64,000 nucleotides of DNA from Microcoleus sp. (GTDB lineage: Bacteria > Cyanobacteriota > Cyanobacteriia > Cyanobacteriales > Microcoleaceae): NCBI GenBank assembly GCA_042408215.1, contig JAYFMW010000003.1:128001-192000 (forward strand), written 5' to 3'. Below the pieces are notes generated by a model. That model ran no database searches. It was not told where the DNA came from and saw nothing but the letters and a program-made list of their open reading frames with translations. Shown here piece after piece: positions 54,204 to 63,973 of the stretch. A program made the position numbers and the translations under genes. Each line of letters starts with the position of its first letter. The first letter of the stretch is position 1.

Positions 54204-55217
54204 ATGCTTACTCTCTCTCCCGAATTAAAAGAAAAATTAGCAACTCCGCTGAAAATCGGCGATTTTGAAGTAAAAAGCCGCGTGCTGCAATCGCCCTTGT
54301 CCGGCGTTACAGATTTGGTATTTCGTCGCCTGGTGCGTCGCTACGCACCGGATTCGATGATGTATACCGAAATGGTGAATGCTACAGGTTTGCACTACGT
54401 GAAGCAACTGCCGAGAATTATGGAAATTGACCCAAACGAACGGCCGATTAGCATTCAATTGTTTGACTGTCGCCCGGACTTTTTGGCAGAAGCGGCACAG
54501 AAAGCGGTGGCAGAAGGAGCGGATACAGTTGATATTAATATGGGCTGTCCGGTTAACAAAATTACTAAAAATGGTGGCGGTTCTTCCTTGCTACGAGAAC
54601 CCGAAACTGCTGAGGCAATTGTGCGGAGAGTTGTGCAAGCTGTAGATGTTCCGGTGACAGTCAAAACTCGCATCGGCTGGACGGACAAAGAAATTAATAT
54701 TTTGGATTTTGGGAAGCGGATGGAAGATGCGGGAGCAAAAATGATTACCGTGCATGGTCGGACTCGATCGCAAGGTTACACCGGCCCGGCAAAATGGGAG
54801 TGGATTCGCCGCGTTAAAGAAGTTTTGTCAATTCCAGTGATTGCGAATGGGGATATTTTTTCTGTGGAGGCGGCCCTGCGGTGTCTGGAAGAAACAGGCG
54901 CGGATGGAGTGATGTGTTCGCGGGGAACTTTGGGCTATCCTTTCTTGGTGGGAGAAGTGGATTATTTCCTAAAAACAGGTGTGGAAAAGATAAATCCGAC
55001 ACCAATTGAACGGCTCGAATGTGCTAAGGAACATTTGCGGGCTTTGTGGGAATATAAAGGTGAGAGCGGTGTATGTCAAGCGCGCAAGCACTTAACCTGG
55101 TATGCTAAAGGCTTCCCCGGTGCTGGGGAATTGCGGGGCTTGTTGGCGGTGGTAGAAACGGTGCAGCAAGGTTGCGATGCGATCGATCGGGCGATCGAGC
55201 AATTACCCGCAAGTTAA
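54204..55217 (+). CDS. dusB: tRNA-dihydrouridine synthase DusB
   Basis: SPLSGVTD, DINMGCP, VHGRT, IANGDI. Confidence 0.93.
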   Translation: MLTLSPELKEKLATPLKIGDFEVKSRVLQSPLSGVTDLVFRRLVRRYAPDSMMYTEMVNATGLHYVKQLPRIMEIDPNERPISIQLFDCRPDFLAEAAQKAVAEGADTVDINMGCPVNKITKNGGGSSLLREPETAEAIVRRVVQAVDVPVTVKTRIGWTDKEINILDFGKRMEDAGAKMITVHGRTRSQGYTGPAKWEWIRRVKEVLSIPVIANGDIFSVEAALRCLEETGADGVMCSRGTLGYPFLVGEVDYFLKTGVEKINPTPIERLECAKEHLRALWEYKGESGVCQARKHLTWYAKGFPGAGELRGLLAVVETVQQGCDAIDRAIEQLPAS

Positions 55218-55306
55218 AATCAGCGAATCGCCAGCGGGAACACAAACAAAACCCGCCAGCGCGGGCTAAGATTTAAGACACAGTTGAAAATTGGTGTGGG
55301 GTAAAT

Positions 55307-56227
55307 ATGGACTCATTAAAAGGGCGAGATTTATTAAGTCTGGCAGATTTAAATATTGACGAATTAAATTATTTACTGGATCTAGCAGCCAGTTTAAAAT
55401 CGGGAATGGTGAAGCTGAAACGCACAAAAGTTCTCGGCTTATTATTTTCCAAAGCTTCGACGCGAACCAGGGTAAGTTTTACGGTGGCCATGTATAAATT
55501 GGGAGGTCAAGTTATTGACCTCAATCCTAATGTTACTCAAGTCAGCCGTGGGGAACCTTTGGTCGATACAGCCCGGGTTTTAGACAGATATTTAGACGTT
55601 TTAGCGATTCGGACTTTCGAGCAAAAGGACTTAGTAACTTTTGCTAATTATGCAAAAATTCCTGTGATTAACGCCCTGACAGATGACGAACATCCCTGTC
55701 AAGTGCTGGCGGATTTAATGACAGTCCAAGAGTGTTTTGGCAAATTGGAAGGACTGACTTTGACTTACTTGGGCGACGGTAACAACATGGCTAATTCGCT
55801 GATGTTGGGCTGTGCAATGATGGGGATGAATGTGAGAATTGCTTGTCCTGAAGATTTTATGCCCAATCCTGAGATAGTGGAAAAGGCGAAGGCGATGGCT
55901 AAGGGAAAAACAGAAGTTACTGTGACTACTGATGCCAAAGCTGCTGCTAAGGATGCTCAAGTGATTTATACTGATGTTTGGGCGAGTATGGGACAGGAAG
56001 AGGAAGCTAAAACCAGGATTCCTTTGTTTGAGCCTTATCAGGTAAATGAGGGATTGCTGAAGTTAGCCGATCGCAATGCAATTGTATTACACTGTTTGCC
56101 GGCGCACCGAGACGAAGAGATTACAGATGCGGTAATTGAAGGAAGTCAATCGCGCGTTTGGGAGCAAGCCGAAAATCGGATGCACGCTCAGCAAGCTTTG
56201 CTGGCTAGTATTCTGGAAAGCGATTAG
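55307..56227 (+). CDS. argF: Ornithine carbamoyltransferase
   Basis: STRTR, HPCQ, DVWASMG, HCLP. Confidence 0.97.
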   Translation: MDSLKGRDLLSLADLNIDELNYLLDLAASLKSGMVKLKRTKVLGLLFSKASTRTRVSFTVAMYKLGGQVIDLNPNVTQVSRGEPLVDTARVLDRYLDVLAIRTFEQKDLVTFANYAKIPVINALTDDEHPCQVLADLMTVQECFGKLEGLTLTYLGDGNNMANSLMLGCAMMGMNVRIACPEDFMPNPEIVEKAKAMAKGKTEVTVTTDAKAAAKDAQVIYTDVWASMGQEEEAKTRIPLFEPYQVNEGLLKLADRNAIVLHCLPAHRDEEITDAVIEGSQSRVWEQAENRMHAQQALLASILESD

Positions 56228-56303
56228 GAATAGAGAAGTTCGGCAACGGATTTTGTAACGGATGTAACGGATGTAATGGATGTAACGGAGGTCAGTCAGG
56301 CAG

Positions 56304-56495
56304 TTTTCAATTTGATATTATTGGCGGCAACATTGCCTGAATTGCGATATTGACAGAGGGAAATTGGAGCGGTGAAATGCTCCCATTTTCCCCAAGAATC
56401 AATTCGCTTTGATACCCATTTTCAGCGGGTTCTCGAAAAACATGAAGTTGTCGCTCATTTACATTTAATATCCAATAATCGGCAATTCCCGATCG
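56304..56495 (-). pseudogene. 3' remnant of a Uma2 paralog
   Basis: 192-bp imperfect direct repeat of 58429-58620, ending at CGATCG. Confidence 0.8.
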
Positions 56496-56500
56496 ACACC

Positions 56501-57805
56501 ATGCTAACAGAATTTACCCTCGCCAACTTCAAGAGTTACAAAACAAGCCGATTACCACTTGGAGCGCTGACTGTGCTCATCGGAGCCAACGCCGCAGGTA
56601 AAAGTAATGCAATAGAAGCTTTACGCTTTCTGTCATGGTTGGCGCAAGGTCAAAAACTGACGACTATTCAATATGCGGTCAATAATGCCGATCGCATTAT
56701 ACGCGGTCGAGTCGATGATTTGTGCCATCTTGAACAGTCAAGTTTTACCATTGGTTGCCATTTAGACTCAACAGAATGGAACCAACTTGATCTAACCCTC
56801 AATGTACGTGAAGGAGAACTGCATATTAGTAGTGAGCGGATTGTTGGCTCGACAAAGAAAATGTCGCTATATGACCTCGATCAACCCTCTCAAGGAATAG
56901 GGACTGATGTGGGTGTTTCCTATAACAACTTTACAAGGGGTAAAAATAAGCCACGAGTAATTTGCAGCGATCAAATGGCGATCTTTGTTCAATTAGAAAC
57001 ACCAGCTCGTTTTGATACAAAAAACCATAAATCCCAAAAAGTTATTCCTGAAACAGTCCGCGAATATCAAAGAGTATTACAAAACATCCTATTTCTAGAT
57101 CCCGTTCCCGCCAAAATGCGCGAGTACAGTTTCAAATCGGATAAACGCTTACAGGAAGATGGAACTAATCTTTCCAGCGTTTTGTTTCGCCTATGGGACA
57201 ACAAACCCGACAATCAAAAAACAATTTTAAACTTGATTCAGAGCTTACCAGAGCAGGCTATAGAAGGACTAGATTTTATTTTTGGCCCACGAGATGAAGT
57301 GATGGTGCGGCTGGCAGAAACCTTTGGTAATAATCAGCGCTATTGCGAAGCTGCTTTGTTATCAGATGGCACTTTGCGGGTATTAGCAATTACAGCAGCC
57401 ATGCTATCAGCAACCGAAGGTAGTTTCGTCGTCATCGAAGAAATCGATAATGGCGTTCATCCCAACCGCGCGAAACATCTACTAACCTGCATTCGAGATA
57501 TTGCGGAGCGTCGTAATTTGCGAGTGTTGCTATCTACTCACAACCCCGCTCTTATGGATGCCTTACCTGATGCTGCTCTCGGTGACGTAGTATTTTGTTA
57601 CCGAGATCCACAAGCAGGAGATAGCCGTCTTATACGACTCGGAGATATGTATGATTATCCTAGCCTGATATCGCAAGGCCCCCTTGGTCAATTGGTAACT
57701 GCTGGAGTAGTGGATAGGTTTGTCAAGTCGGCACACAAGCCTGAGCAGAGAAAACAGCAAGCAATGGCATGGCTATCTCGTTTGCAGGAGTATGGAAATG
57801 AGTAG
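56501..57805 (+). CDS. ABC-type (AAA_21-like) ATPase
   Basis: Walker A GANAAGKS, signature LSDGT, Walker B IEEIDNGVHP, H-loop STHN. Confidence 0.9.
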   Translation: MLTEFTLANFKSYKTSRLPLGALTVLIGANAAGKSNAIEALRFLSWLAQGQKLTTIQYAVNNADRIIRGRVDDLCHLEQSSFTIGCHLDSTEWNQLDLTLNVREGELHISSERIVGSTKKMSLYDLDQPSQGIGTDVGVSYNNFTRGKNKPRVICSDQMAIFVQLETPARFDTKNHKSQKVIPETVREYQRVLQNILFLDPVPAKMREYSFKSDKRLQEDGTNLSSVLFRLWDNKPDNQKTILNLIQSLPEQAIEGLDFIFGPRDEVMVRLAETFGNNQRYCEAALLSDGTLRVLAITAAMLSATEGSFVVIEEIDNGVHPNRAKHLLTCIRDIAERRNLRVLLSTHNPALMDALPDAALGDVVFCYRDPQAGDSRLIRLGDMYDYPSLISQGPLGQLVTAGVVDRFVKSAHKPEQRKQQAMAWLSRLQEYGNE

Positions 57806-58280
57806 TATTTGCCTAATTGATACTAGCATTTTCCTCAACTTTCTTAATGTTCCAAATTGCAATCAGGATAGGGAATTAGTCCTCAAAGATTATAAGATTT
57901 ATGTTGAATCTGGTTGTACATTTTTGTTACCGATGGCAACCATAATAGAAACAGGCAACCACATTGCCCAGAATGGCAATGGTACAATCCGAAGGGAAAC
58001 AGCCATACATTTTGTTGCAGAAGTTAAAGCTGCATTTAAGGGTGAAGCCCCTTGGTCACTTACTCAATTCCCGAATACAGAAGAGATACTACGGTGGATT
58101 GACAATTTTCCTGATTTAGCTGGCCGAAACAAAGTCGCTGATAAGTATGAAGGAACTAGCTTCGGCGATCTCAGTATCATTGAGGAATTTAATAAATCGT
58201 GTAAGCGATTTCCCATGAGAGAAGTGTTTATTTGGTCACTGGATAGTGATTTAAACAGCTATCACCAAAACGCAAAATAA
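57798..58280 (+). CDS. PIN-domain nuclease-like protein overlapping the ATPase stop
   Basis: LIDTSIF, IIETGN, SFGDLSI, SLDSDL acidic residues typical of PIN. Confidence 0.75.
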   Translation: MSSICLIDTSIFLNFLNVPNCNQDRELVLKDYKIYVESGCTFLLPMATIIETGNHIAQNGNGTIRRETAIHFVAEVKAAFKGEAPWSLTQFPNTEEILRWIDNFPDLAGRNKVADKYEGTSFGDLSIIEEFNKSCKRFPMREVFIWSLDSDLNSYHQNAK

Positions 58281-58431
58281 CGATCGTAGTCCTGGACACA
58301 TAAATAGGCGATTGCTAAGAGAAAACCATGCTCTCTATATCTCTCTTTTCTCTTTCTCTGCGCCCTCTGCGCCCTCTGCGGTTCAAAAAAAAAATCTAAT
58401 TCACAAATGAATAGAATTGATCCAGCCATTT

Positions 58432-59016
58432 TCAATTTGATATAATTGGCGGCAACATTTCTTGAATAGCGATATTGACAGTGGGAAATTGCAGCGGTGA
58501 AATGCTCCCATTTTCCCCAAGAATCAATTCGCTTTGATACCCATCAACGGCGGGTTCTCGAAAAATGTGGAGTTGTCGATTGTTCACATTTAACACCCAA
58601 TAATCGGCAATTCCCGATCGCGCGTAAGCCTTGGCCTTAATTTCGCGATCGAAAGTTAAGCTGCTGTCTGCCACTTCGATAATTAGATATACTTCTGAGG
58701 GAGTTGGGTGGTGAGTCGCATAGTCAAAAGGATCGATTCTGACTACGGCGATATCTGGTTCGGGTTCAGAATTGTCATCGAGTGCGATCGGATCTTGCAT
58801 TCGTACCCAAGCCAGATTTCCAAAAAGGTTTTGTAGCAATCTATCTGTACGCCCTAAAGCGGAGGTGTGAGCAGTTCCTTTTGCACTCATTTTGATGATA
58901 TTTCCTGAAAGTAATTCGACTCGTTCCTCTGGGTGAAAAACTCCCATTTCCCCCAGTTTATGATACTCTTTTACTGTCCATTTACGGATTGTGAAAGGGG
59001 CTTCTGTTATCAGCAT
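58432..59016 (-). CDS. Uma2 (DUF820) family endonuclease
   Basis: RVELLSG, SEPEPDIAV, LIIEVADSSL, KAKAYARSGIADYWV. Confidence 0.93.
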   Translation of the reverse strand: MLITEAPFTIRKWTVKEYHKLGEMGVFHPEERVELLSGNIIKMSAKGTAHTSALGRTDRLLQNLFGNLAWVRMQDPIALDDNSEPEPDIAVVRIDPFDYATHHPTPSEVYLIIEVADSSLTFDREIKAKAYARSGIADYWVLNVNNRQLHIFREPAVDGYQSELILGENGSISPLQFPTVNIAIQEMLPPIISN

Positions 59017-59072
59017 AGTTCCCTCGCTAAATTTATAATCTGATGTGAGACAATTTGATTCTAGCTTATTAA

Positions 59073-59191
59073 CTGGTTCCCAGGCAGAGCCTGGGAACCG
59101 ATGTCTAGAGGCTCTGCCTCGCTTGGTAGCTTGGGAAAATTGGAGGCAGAGCCTCCGGATCTGCGTTCTCCCGGCAGAGCCTGGGAACGAG
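59073..59191. repeat. Composite palindromic repeat (GTTCCCAGGCAGAGCCTGGGAAC / GAGGCAGAGCCTC)
   Basis: Four hairpins. Confidence 0.7.
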
Positions 59192-59204
59192 TAGAATGAG
59201 TAGA

Positions 59205-60842
59205 TTAAGAGGCTCCGAGATTGATTTTTGTGACTTCGCCGGCGACAACATTAACAGTTTGTTGAATCTGACTTCCATCAACCTTTAACTGATAAGTTCC
59301 AGGAGAAAGCTCGATCGCCCCAAACCATCCTGTACCATCCGCGCGCAGTTGGCGCACCTTGCCATTAGCATCGATCGCCTGCAATGTCAAGCCCGCGCCG
59401 TCGCAAGTTCGAGAGCACCTTTGCAAATTACCGGCGATCGCACCTGTAGTCGGCTGCGACTTCCAAGGCTGATCGGGAACGGCTGCCGGAGTCGCCCACA
59501 CAGGCTGAGTTTGAACGGTTCTGCCCGTAGCGCCGTCAACGTATTGACTCGGCTGGGAGAGGGCGGTATAAAACCAATCATTGCTCTGGGACACGAATTT
59601 CCAAGGCTGGCGGGGCAAATCACCGCTACCGCCCGATCGCAGATCGCCGTTAGTGTAAATATTGCTACTAGCGTAGGAATACAGCACCGTACCTGCAACG
59701 TGATTTCCTGTCGCAGAAGGAGCTTCAGCGCGGCGAATCTGGGCGAGAGTGTCTTCGATATAGTTGAGGTAATTGCCGGGACCGATCGCAATTTGGCGAT
59801 TGTACTGGTGGTTTTTAGCGTACTCGATCCAGTGGTTGTAACCCAGCTTCTGCTGCGGCTTGTACTCCCGCTGGTAGGTCATCGGCATCGCCATGTCGAT
59901 GATACCTTCTTCTAGCCAAGCGCGCCAATCTTGCAGGACTTCTCTGTATGGTTGCGTTTTATACCAGTCGCTATCGCTTTTCGGGCCGTCGCCCCAGGCG
60001 ATCGTGGCGGCGGTAATTTTGACACGCGGTTTAATCGCCAGGGCTTCTACATATAGCTTCCGCACTAAATTTGTCACCTGATCGCGTCGCCACTGCATCC
60101 ACGCGGGATCGCTTGGTTTTGGTGTACCAGTGCGGCCGGTTTGCTGATTGAAACGGGCGATCGCAGTGGGATTGTAGCCCCAATTCGGCCCGCCGTAGCG
60201 CACGTAATCGAGCTGTACGCCGTCCACATCGTAGCGCTTCAGCAAATCCAAATAGACGGAAACAGTATAATCTAAGGCGTCAGGATGACCAGGATCGAGA
60301 AAACCTTTCGATTCCCCACCGTAAGTCAGCATCGCCCAATTGTCCTTTCCTGGAGCATTGGGTCCGTGTTGTTGCCAAATGTGACCGGCGGGGAGTTTAC
60401 CGCCCGAAACTACTGGTAGCGTTACCATCCAAGCGTGGACTTCAATGCCTGCGGCGTGCGCTTTGTCAATCAAATCTTGGAGGGGATCGAAACCGGCGGG
60501 AACGTTGGGATCGAGGGTGCGTGGTTCGATCGCACTGGTGTAAAAAGCATCACCACGGCGGCGCACTTGGGCGACGATCGCGTTTGCATTGGCTCGTTTG
60601 GCGTCGGCGATCAATTTTGTGACTTCTTGAGGTGTTTTGAAGCCTGGATTAAATGCGTCCACCCAGAAGGCTCGAAATTCGGCGGTTTGGGTTTGTGGGG
60701 GCATAGTTGCGTTAGCGAAGCCCTCGAAGAGGATCGCGCGATTCGGGAACCAGTGTGATAACCAGCCAGGAGTCAGGAGAAAACTGATTGTTAAGCCGAT
60801 CGAAAAAAGACTTGACAAAAAGAATGTTTTGGGTTTACGCAT
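59205..60842 (-). CDS. Exported GHL10 (DUF187-like) glycoside hydrolase
   Basis: EFRAFWV, QVRRRGDA, FDPL, EVHAW, LDPGHP, DGVQLDYVRY, QDW..W. Confidence 0.85.
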   Translation of the reverse strand: MRKPKTFFLSSLFSIGLTISFLLTPGWLSHWFPNRAILFEGFANATMPPQTQTAEFRAFWVDAFNPGFKTPQEVTKLIADAKRANANAIVAQVRRRGDAFYTSAIEPRTLDPNVPAGFDPLQDLIDKAHAAGIEVHAWMVTLPVVSGGKLPAGHIWQQHGPNAPGKDNWAMLTYGGESKGFLDPGHPDALDYTVSVYLDLLKRYDVDGVQLDYVRYGGPNWGYNPTAIARFNQQTGRTGTPKPSDPAWMQWRRDQVTNLVRKLYVEALAIKPRVKITAATIAWGDGPKSDSDWYKTQPYREVLQDWRAWLEEGIIDMAMPMTYQREYKPQQKLGYNHWIEYAKNHQYNRQIAIGPGNYLNYIEDTLAQIRRAEAPSATGNHVAGTVLYSYASSNIYTNGDLRSGGSGDLPRQPWKFVSQSNDWFYTALSQPSQYVDGATGRTVQTQPVWATPAAVPDQPWKSQPTTGAIAGNLQRCSRTCDGAGLTLQAIDANGKVRQLRADGTGWFGAIELSPGTYQLKVDGSQIQQTVNVVAGEVTKINLGAS

Positions 60843-61050
60843 CAGAATTGTGTGAGAGAGCGTTTAACTGTTGTTTACGGACTTGGAGTTCGATCGTCGG
60901 AGTCAATCTCAAAGATCAAATCCAAAATCTCAAATCGTTCGATCGTCCGCTTGACATTTTTGCACATTAATATATTTAGCGATCGGAGCGATAAATATAT
61001 TTAGTTAAAAAGATGTATTTGAGATGACAATAACACCACTTCACCTAGTT

Positions 61051-61851
61051 TTACAGGGTAAATAGGGTTTTAAAGGTCTTCATTTTGGCAGTATCAAGGC
61101 CGGGTTCAAGTTTGGGAATTGGGGTTAGGCTTTTCCACTTGCCTTTATTCGCGTTGAAAATAGCATCGGCTGTTTTTTCGGCATCAATATTTTCAAAGCC
61201 TCCTATTTTATTGGTTGATAAGTAATTTAGGCGATCGAAAATCTCATCTCTTGATGCACGTTTCACGCTGACTTTTTCAGGCGGTGGCGGCGGTGGTGCA
61301 AGTGGAGCCGGCGGCGAGAGATAGAATACTGTTGCTAAAGCATCTAACTTTTTACCCCTAGTAATGCCACATCTTAAGGTAGTAATAGGGTTAAAGTTTG
61401 ACCAGGTTTCTCGATTGGCTGCTGAAATGCGATTGGCTGCTACCATAACATCCAATCCCTTCAATGCACTTCCTGGTTGTGCAACCAAATATCCAAGTGC
61501 AGCGAGAATAGTATCTCTTGATTCTGTGCTAAGGTTAACTTTTGGTATTGCTTCCCTTGCCAGAATTTTAGCTTGCTCAATGTTTTTAGATTCTGGCTCG
61601 ATAATTATGCACCAGACTCGCTTTAATTCAGCTTGTTGAGCGACTGCATAAATAAACGAATTGCTGACTACTTGATATTGATCATCACCTGTTTCTTTAA
61701 CAATCACAGGAATCCAATTGCGTCCGCCAGAGTTCAAAATAGCCTCGGCTGCGGCGGTGATGATAAACTCTGATTCAGAGCAGAGTTCTCCTGGTTCAAT
61801 ACTAGCTAATGGCAGGTACATTAGCTTACCGATGTCATCATACTTACTCAT
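61051..61851 (-). CDS. ParB/Srx-like N-terminal domain plus two HhH-like repeats
   Basis: LPLASI..RNWIPVIVKE..YQVV; duplicated VNLSTESRDTI / VSVKRASRDEI modules separated by a Pro-rich linker. Confidence 0.6.
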   Translation of the reverse strand: MSKYDDIGKLMYLPLASIEPGELCSESEFIITAAAEAILNSGGRNWIPVIVKETGDDQYQVVSNSFIYAVAQQAELKRVWCIIIEPESKNIEQAKILAREAIPKVNLSTESRDTILAALGYLVAQPGSALKGLDVMVAANRISAANRETWSNFNPITTLRCGITRGKKLDALATVFYLSPPAPLAPPPPPPEKVSVKRASRDEIFDRLNYLSTNKIGGFENIDAEKTADAIFNANKGKWKSLTPIPKLEPGLDTAKMKTFKTLFTL

Positions 61852-63215
61852 TGTAAGAAATACTCCTTCATTAGACCAAAATAGTGTTCAGCAGCGGTTT
61901 TGTTAAGAAAAACAGCGGGAATATGAGAGAAAGCAGCATTGGCAACAGTTGCATAGCTGGGAATACTGAAGATAGTTTTGTTATTCCTCCCGCTTGTAGA
62001 TTTAGGCCAATAATATGGTAGCAGATCAAAGCTGTTTGTTTGACCTTGATTAATTATTTTTTGGATTTCCTCATTGGTTGTCTGAAGTGCAGGATCAGTG
62101 ATCTTCTCTCCATTAAAAAAGATTGGTAAGGCAATGGGTCCACCATCTCCTCTTTCTTGTTTAATTTCGGGAATAAAATTTGTAATTACCCTCGCTGCAT
62201 TGTGTAGTGATGCTAGTCCATTATGCTTTGTAGGGATGAGAACAACATCAGAGGCATAAACACTGCTCTGACTGAAAAATAACCATTGAGTAGGGCAATC
62301 AATCAATATGTAATCATATTGATCAACAAAATTTTTCAGGATATTTCGCAATCTTTTTGGGCCAACTGTTTGAATGATTTGGCTGTTCACACTTTGATCT
62401 GTAAACTCTTCCATTCTTTCGTCTGATGGAATCACCTCAAAAAGATGTAATGGTTTTCCATGTTTGTCGGTGTGAATAAAAGGAACAACTGTTTTGCTAA
62501 CATCTGCTTTTGGATCAGTCAGACAGTCAGATAAAGTAATAGCTGCTACATCTAACCCAAGAGTTTGCGTTAAATCTCTTTGTGAATCAAAATCAACGAC
62601 TAAAACCTTTTTTTGCTGTTTTCGCAAAATTGCTGCTAAATTGAGCGTTGTTGTTGTTTTACCCACTCCTCCTTTATTATTATAGATACAAACTGTCAAA
62701 GCTTTGGGCGGGTTGTCAATCAAATTTTTGATATGTTGGACAATGGCACTAATATTACCTTTGTTAATCAGAGTGCAAGCAGTTGCAGGAATCACAACTT
62801 TCCCATGCCTCCGAAATAACTGGATATGAGTGGCATTGGTAATAATACCCCATTGAGCCGTTTTGCAGTTAGGAGATAGCAGATATTTTTTAATCTGTTC
62901 CCTAGTAGCGTTATATTTGGGAGTACCTTCCGCCAAGTTAATTTTAGCCCCTGTCGCTATTGCCCGTCCCTTGACTTCAACAAGTAAGTAGGGATTAACA
63001 GGAGAGAACAAAAACTTGTTAATGTCAGTATTTTTACGAGCCGCGAAATCTACTTTCTGAGCACCCTGACCTGTTGAAAACTGCGGAAACTGCTCATTGC
63101 TAGTGAATCCAAGTGCTTCTATCAGAACCGGCACAAATTGAGCACTGATAATCGGTTCAATGGCATTGTCTGGAATACTATCTAAAACTTGATCCCAGTC
63201 GATAGTTGTCATCAT
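61848..63215 (-). CDS. HsdR_N-like PD-(D/E)XK nuclease domain fused to a ParA/MinD ATPase
   Basis: KVDFA..LLVEVKG..QIKKY..WGIITN; deviant Walker A NNKGGVGKTT, VDFDSQ, IDCP. Confidence 0.8.
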   Translation of the reverse strand: MMTTIDWDQVLDSIPDNAIEPIISAQFVPVLIEALGFTSNEQFPQFSTGQGAQKVDFAARKNTDINKFLFSPVNPYLLVEVKGRAIATGAKINLAEGTPKYNATREQIKKYLLSPNCKTAQWGIITNATHIQLFRRHGKVVIPATACTLINKGNISAIVQHIKNLIDNPPKALTVCIYNNKGGVGKTTTTLNLAAILRKQQKKVLVVDFDSQRDLTQTLGLDVAAITLSDCLTDPKADVSKTVVPFIHTDKHGKPLHLFEVIPSDERMEEFTDQSVNSQIIQTVGPKRLRNILKNFVDQYDYILIDCPTQWLFFSQSSVYASDVVLIPTKHNGLASLHNAARVITNFIPEIKQERGDGGPIALPIFFNGEKITDPALQTTNEEIQKIINQGQTNSFDLLPYYWPKSTSGRNNKTIFSIPSYATVANAAFSHIPAVFLNKTAAEHYFGLMKEYFLQ

Positions 63216-63414
63216 TTACACCTAGATACTTAACTCCAATCATAAGGCTTAGTTTGAGTTTTTGTCATCTTTAGCTACCTCCCGATATAGCTATATGAAC
63301 AGTCAACATACTTTTGGAAAACTTATATGTTTTCGAGTGCGCTTGACATTTTAGCACATCAGTGCAAGTTTAGGTAAAAATATACTGAACAGGCGATCGC
63401 GCTTTTCTCAACAA

Positions 63415-63973
63415 ATGATAACACCAAATTGTCAAAATGCACAAGAGCGAGAAATGGCTCGGATTCCAATTACCATCGAAGGTGATGTCAAAACTCTTTC
63501 GCCCGGAGGACATAACATCCTAATAGCAAAGATTGTTAGCGAGTTTGCTGATCCGCTTTACTCCTGCTGGCAAGCTGATTTATGTCGGAGATACAGATGA
63601 AAAATTTGCTCATTTTAATGAAGCATCGCTAACTGCATTAGGAGTTACAATTGATGCTCATGGTAAGATGCCAGATGTAATTGTTCACTTTACAGAAAAA
63701 AACTGGTTGGTATTGATTGAAGCTGTTACTTCCCACGGGCCCATTAATCCCAAACGTAAAACTGAACTTGAGAATCTTTTCAAAGGTTCGACAATACCTC
63801 TGGTGATGGTGACAGCTTTTCTCAGTCGCAAAGCAATGGCGGAATATTTATCTGATATTGCTTGGGAAACTGATGTTTGGGTAGCAGAAGAGGCTACTCA
63901 TCTTGTTCATTTTAACGGTCAACATCTGTTGCAGGCTTATTCGACAAATGAAAGCATTTCTCAGTCTGAATGA
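63415..63973 (+). pseudogene. C-terminal domain of a BsuBI/PstI-type restriction endonuclease, 5'-truncated, +1 frameshift at ~63553
   Basis: LSPGGHN, YVGDT, HGKMPDV, LIEAVTSHGP, IAWETDVW, HFNG. Confidence 0.8.

Noticed and set aside
56372..56500. N-terminal extension of the ATPase
   Set aside because: It is the antisense of the Uma2 remnant; the ATPase domain starts at ATG 56501.
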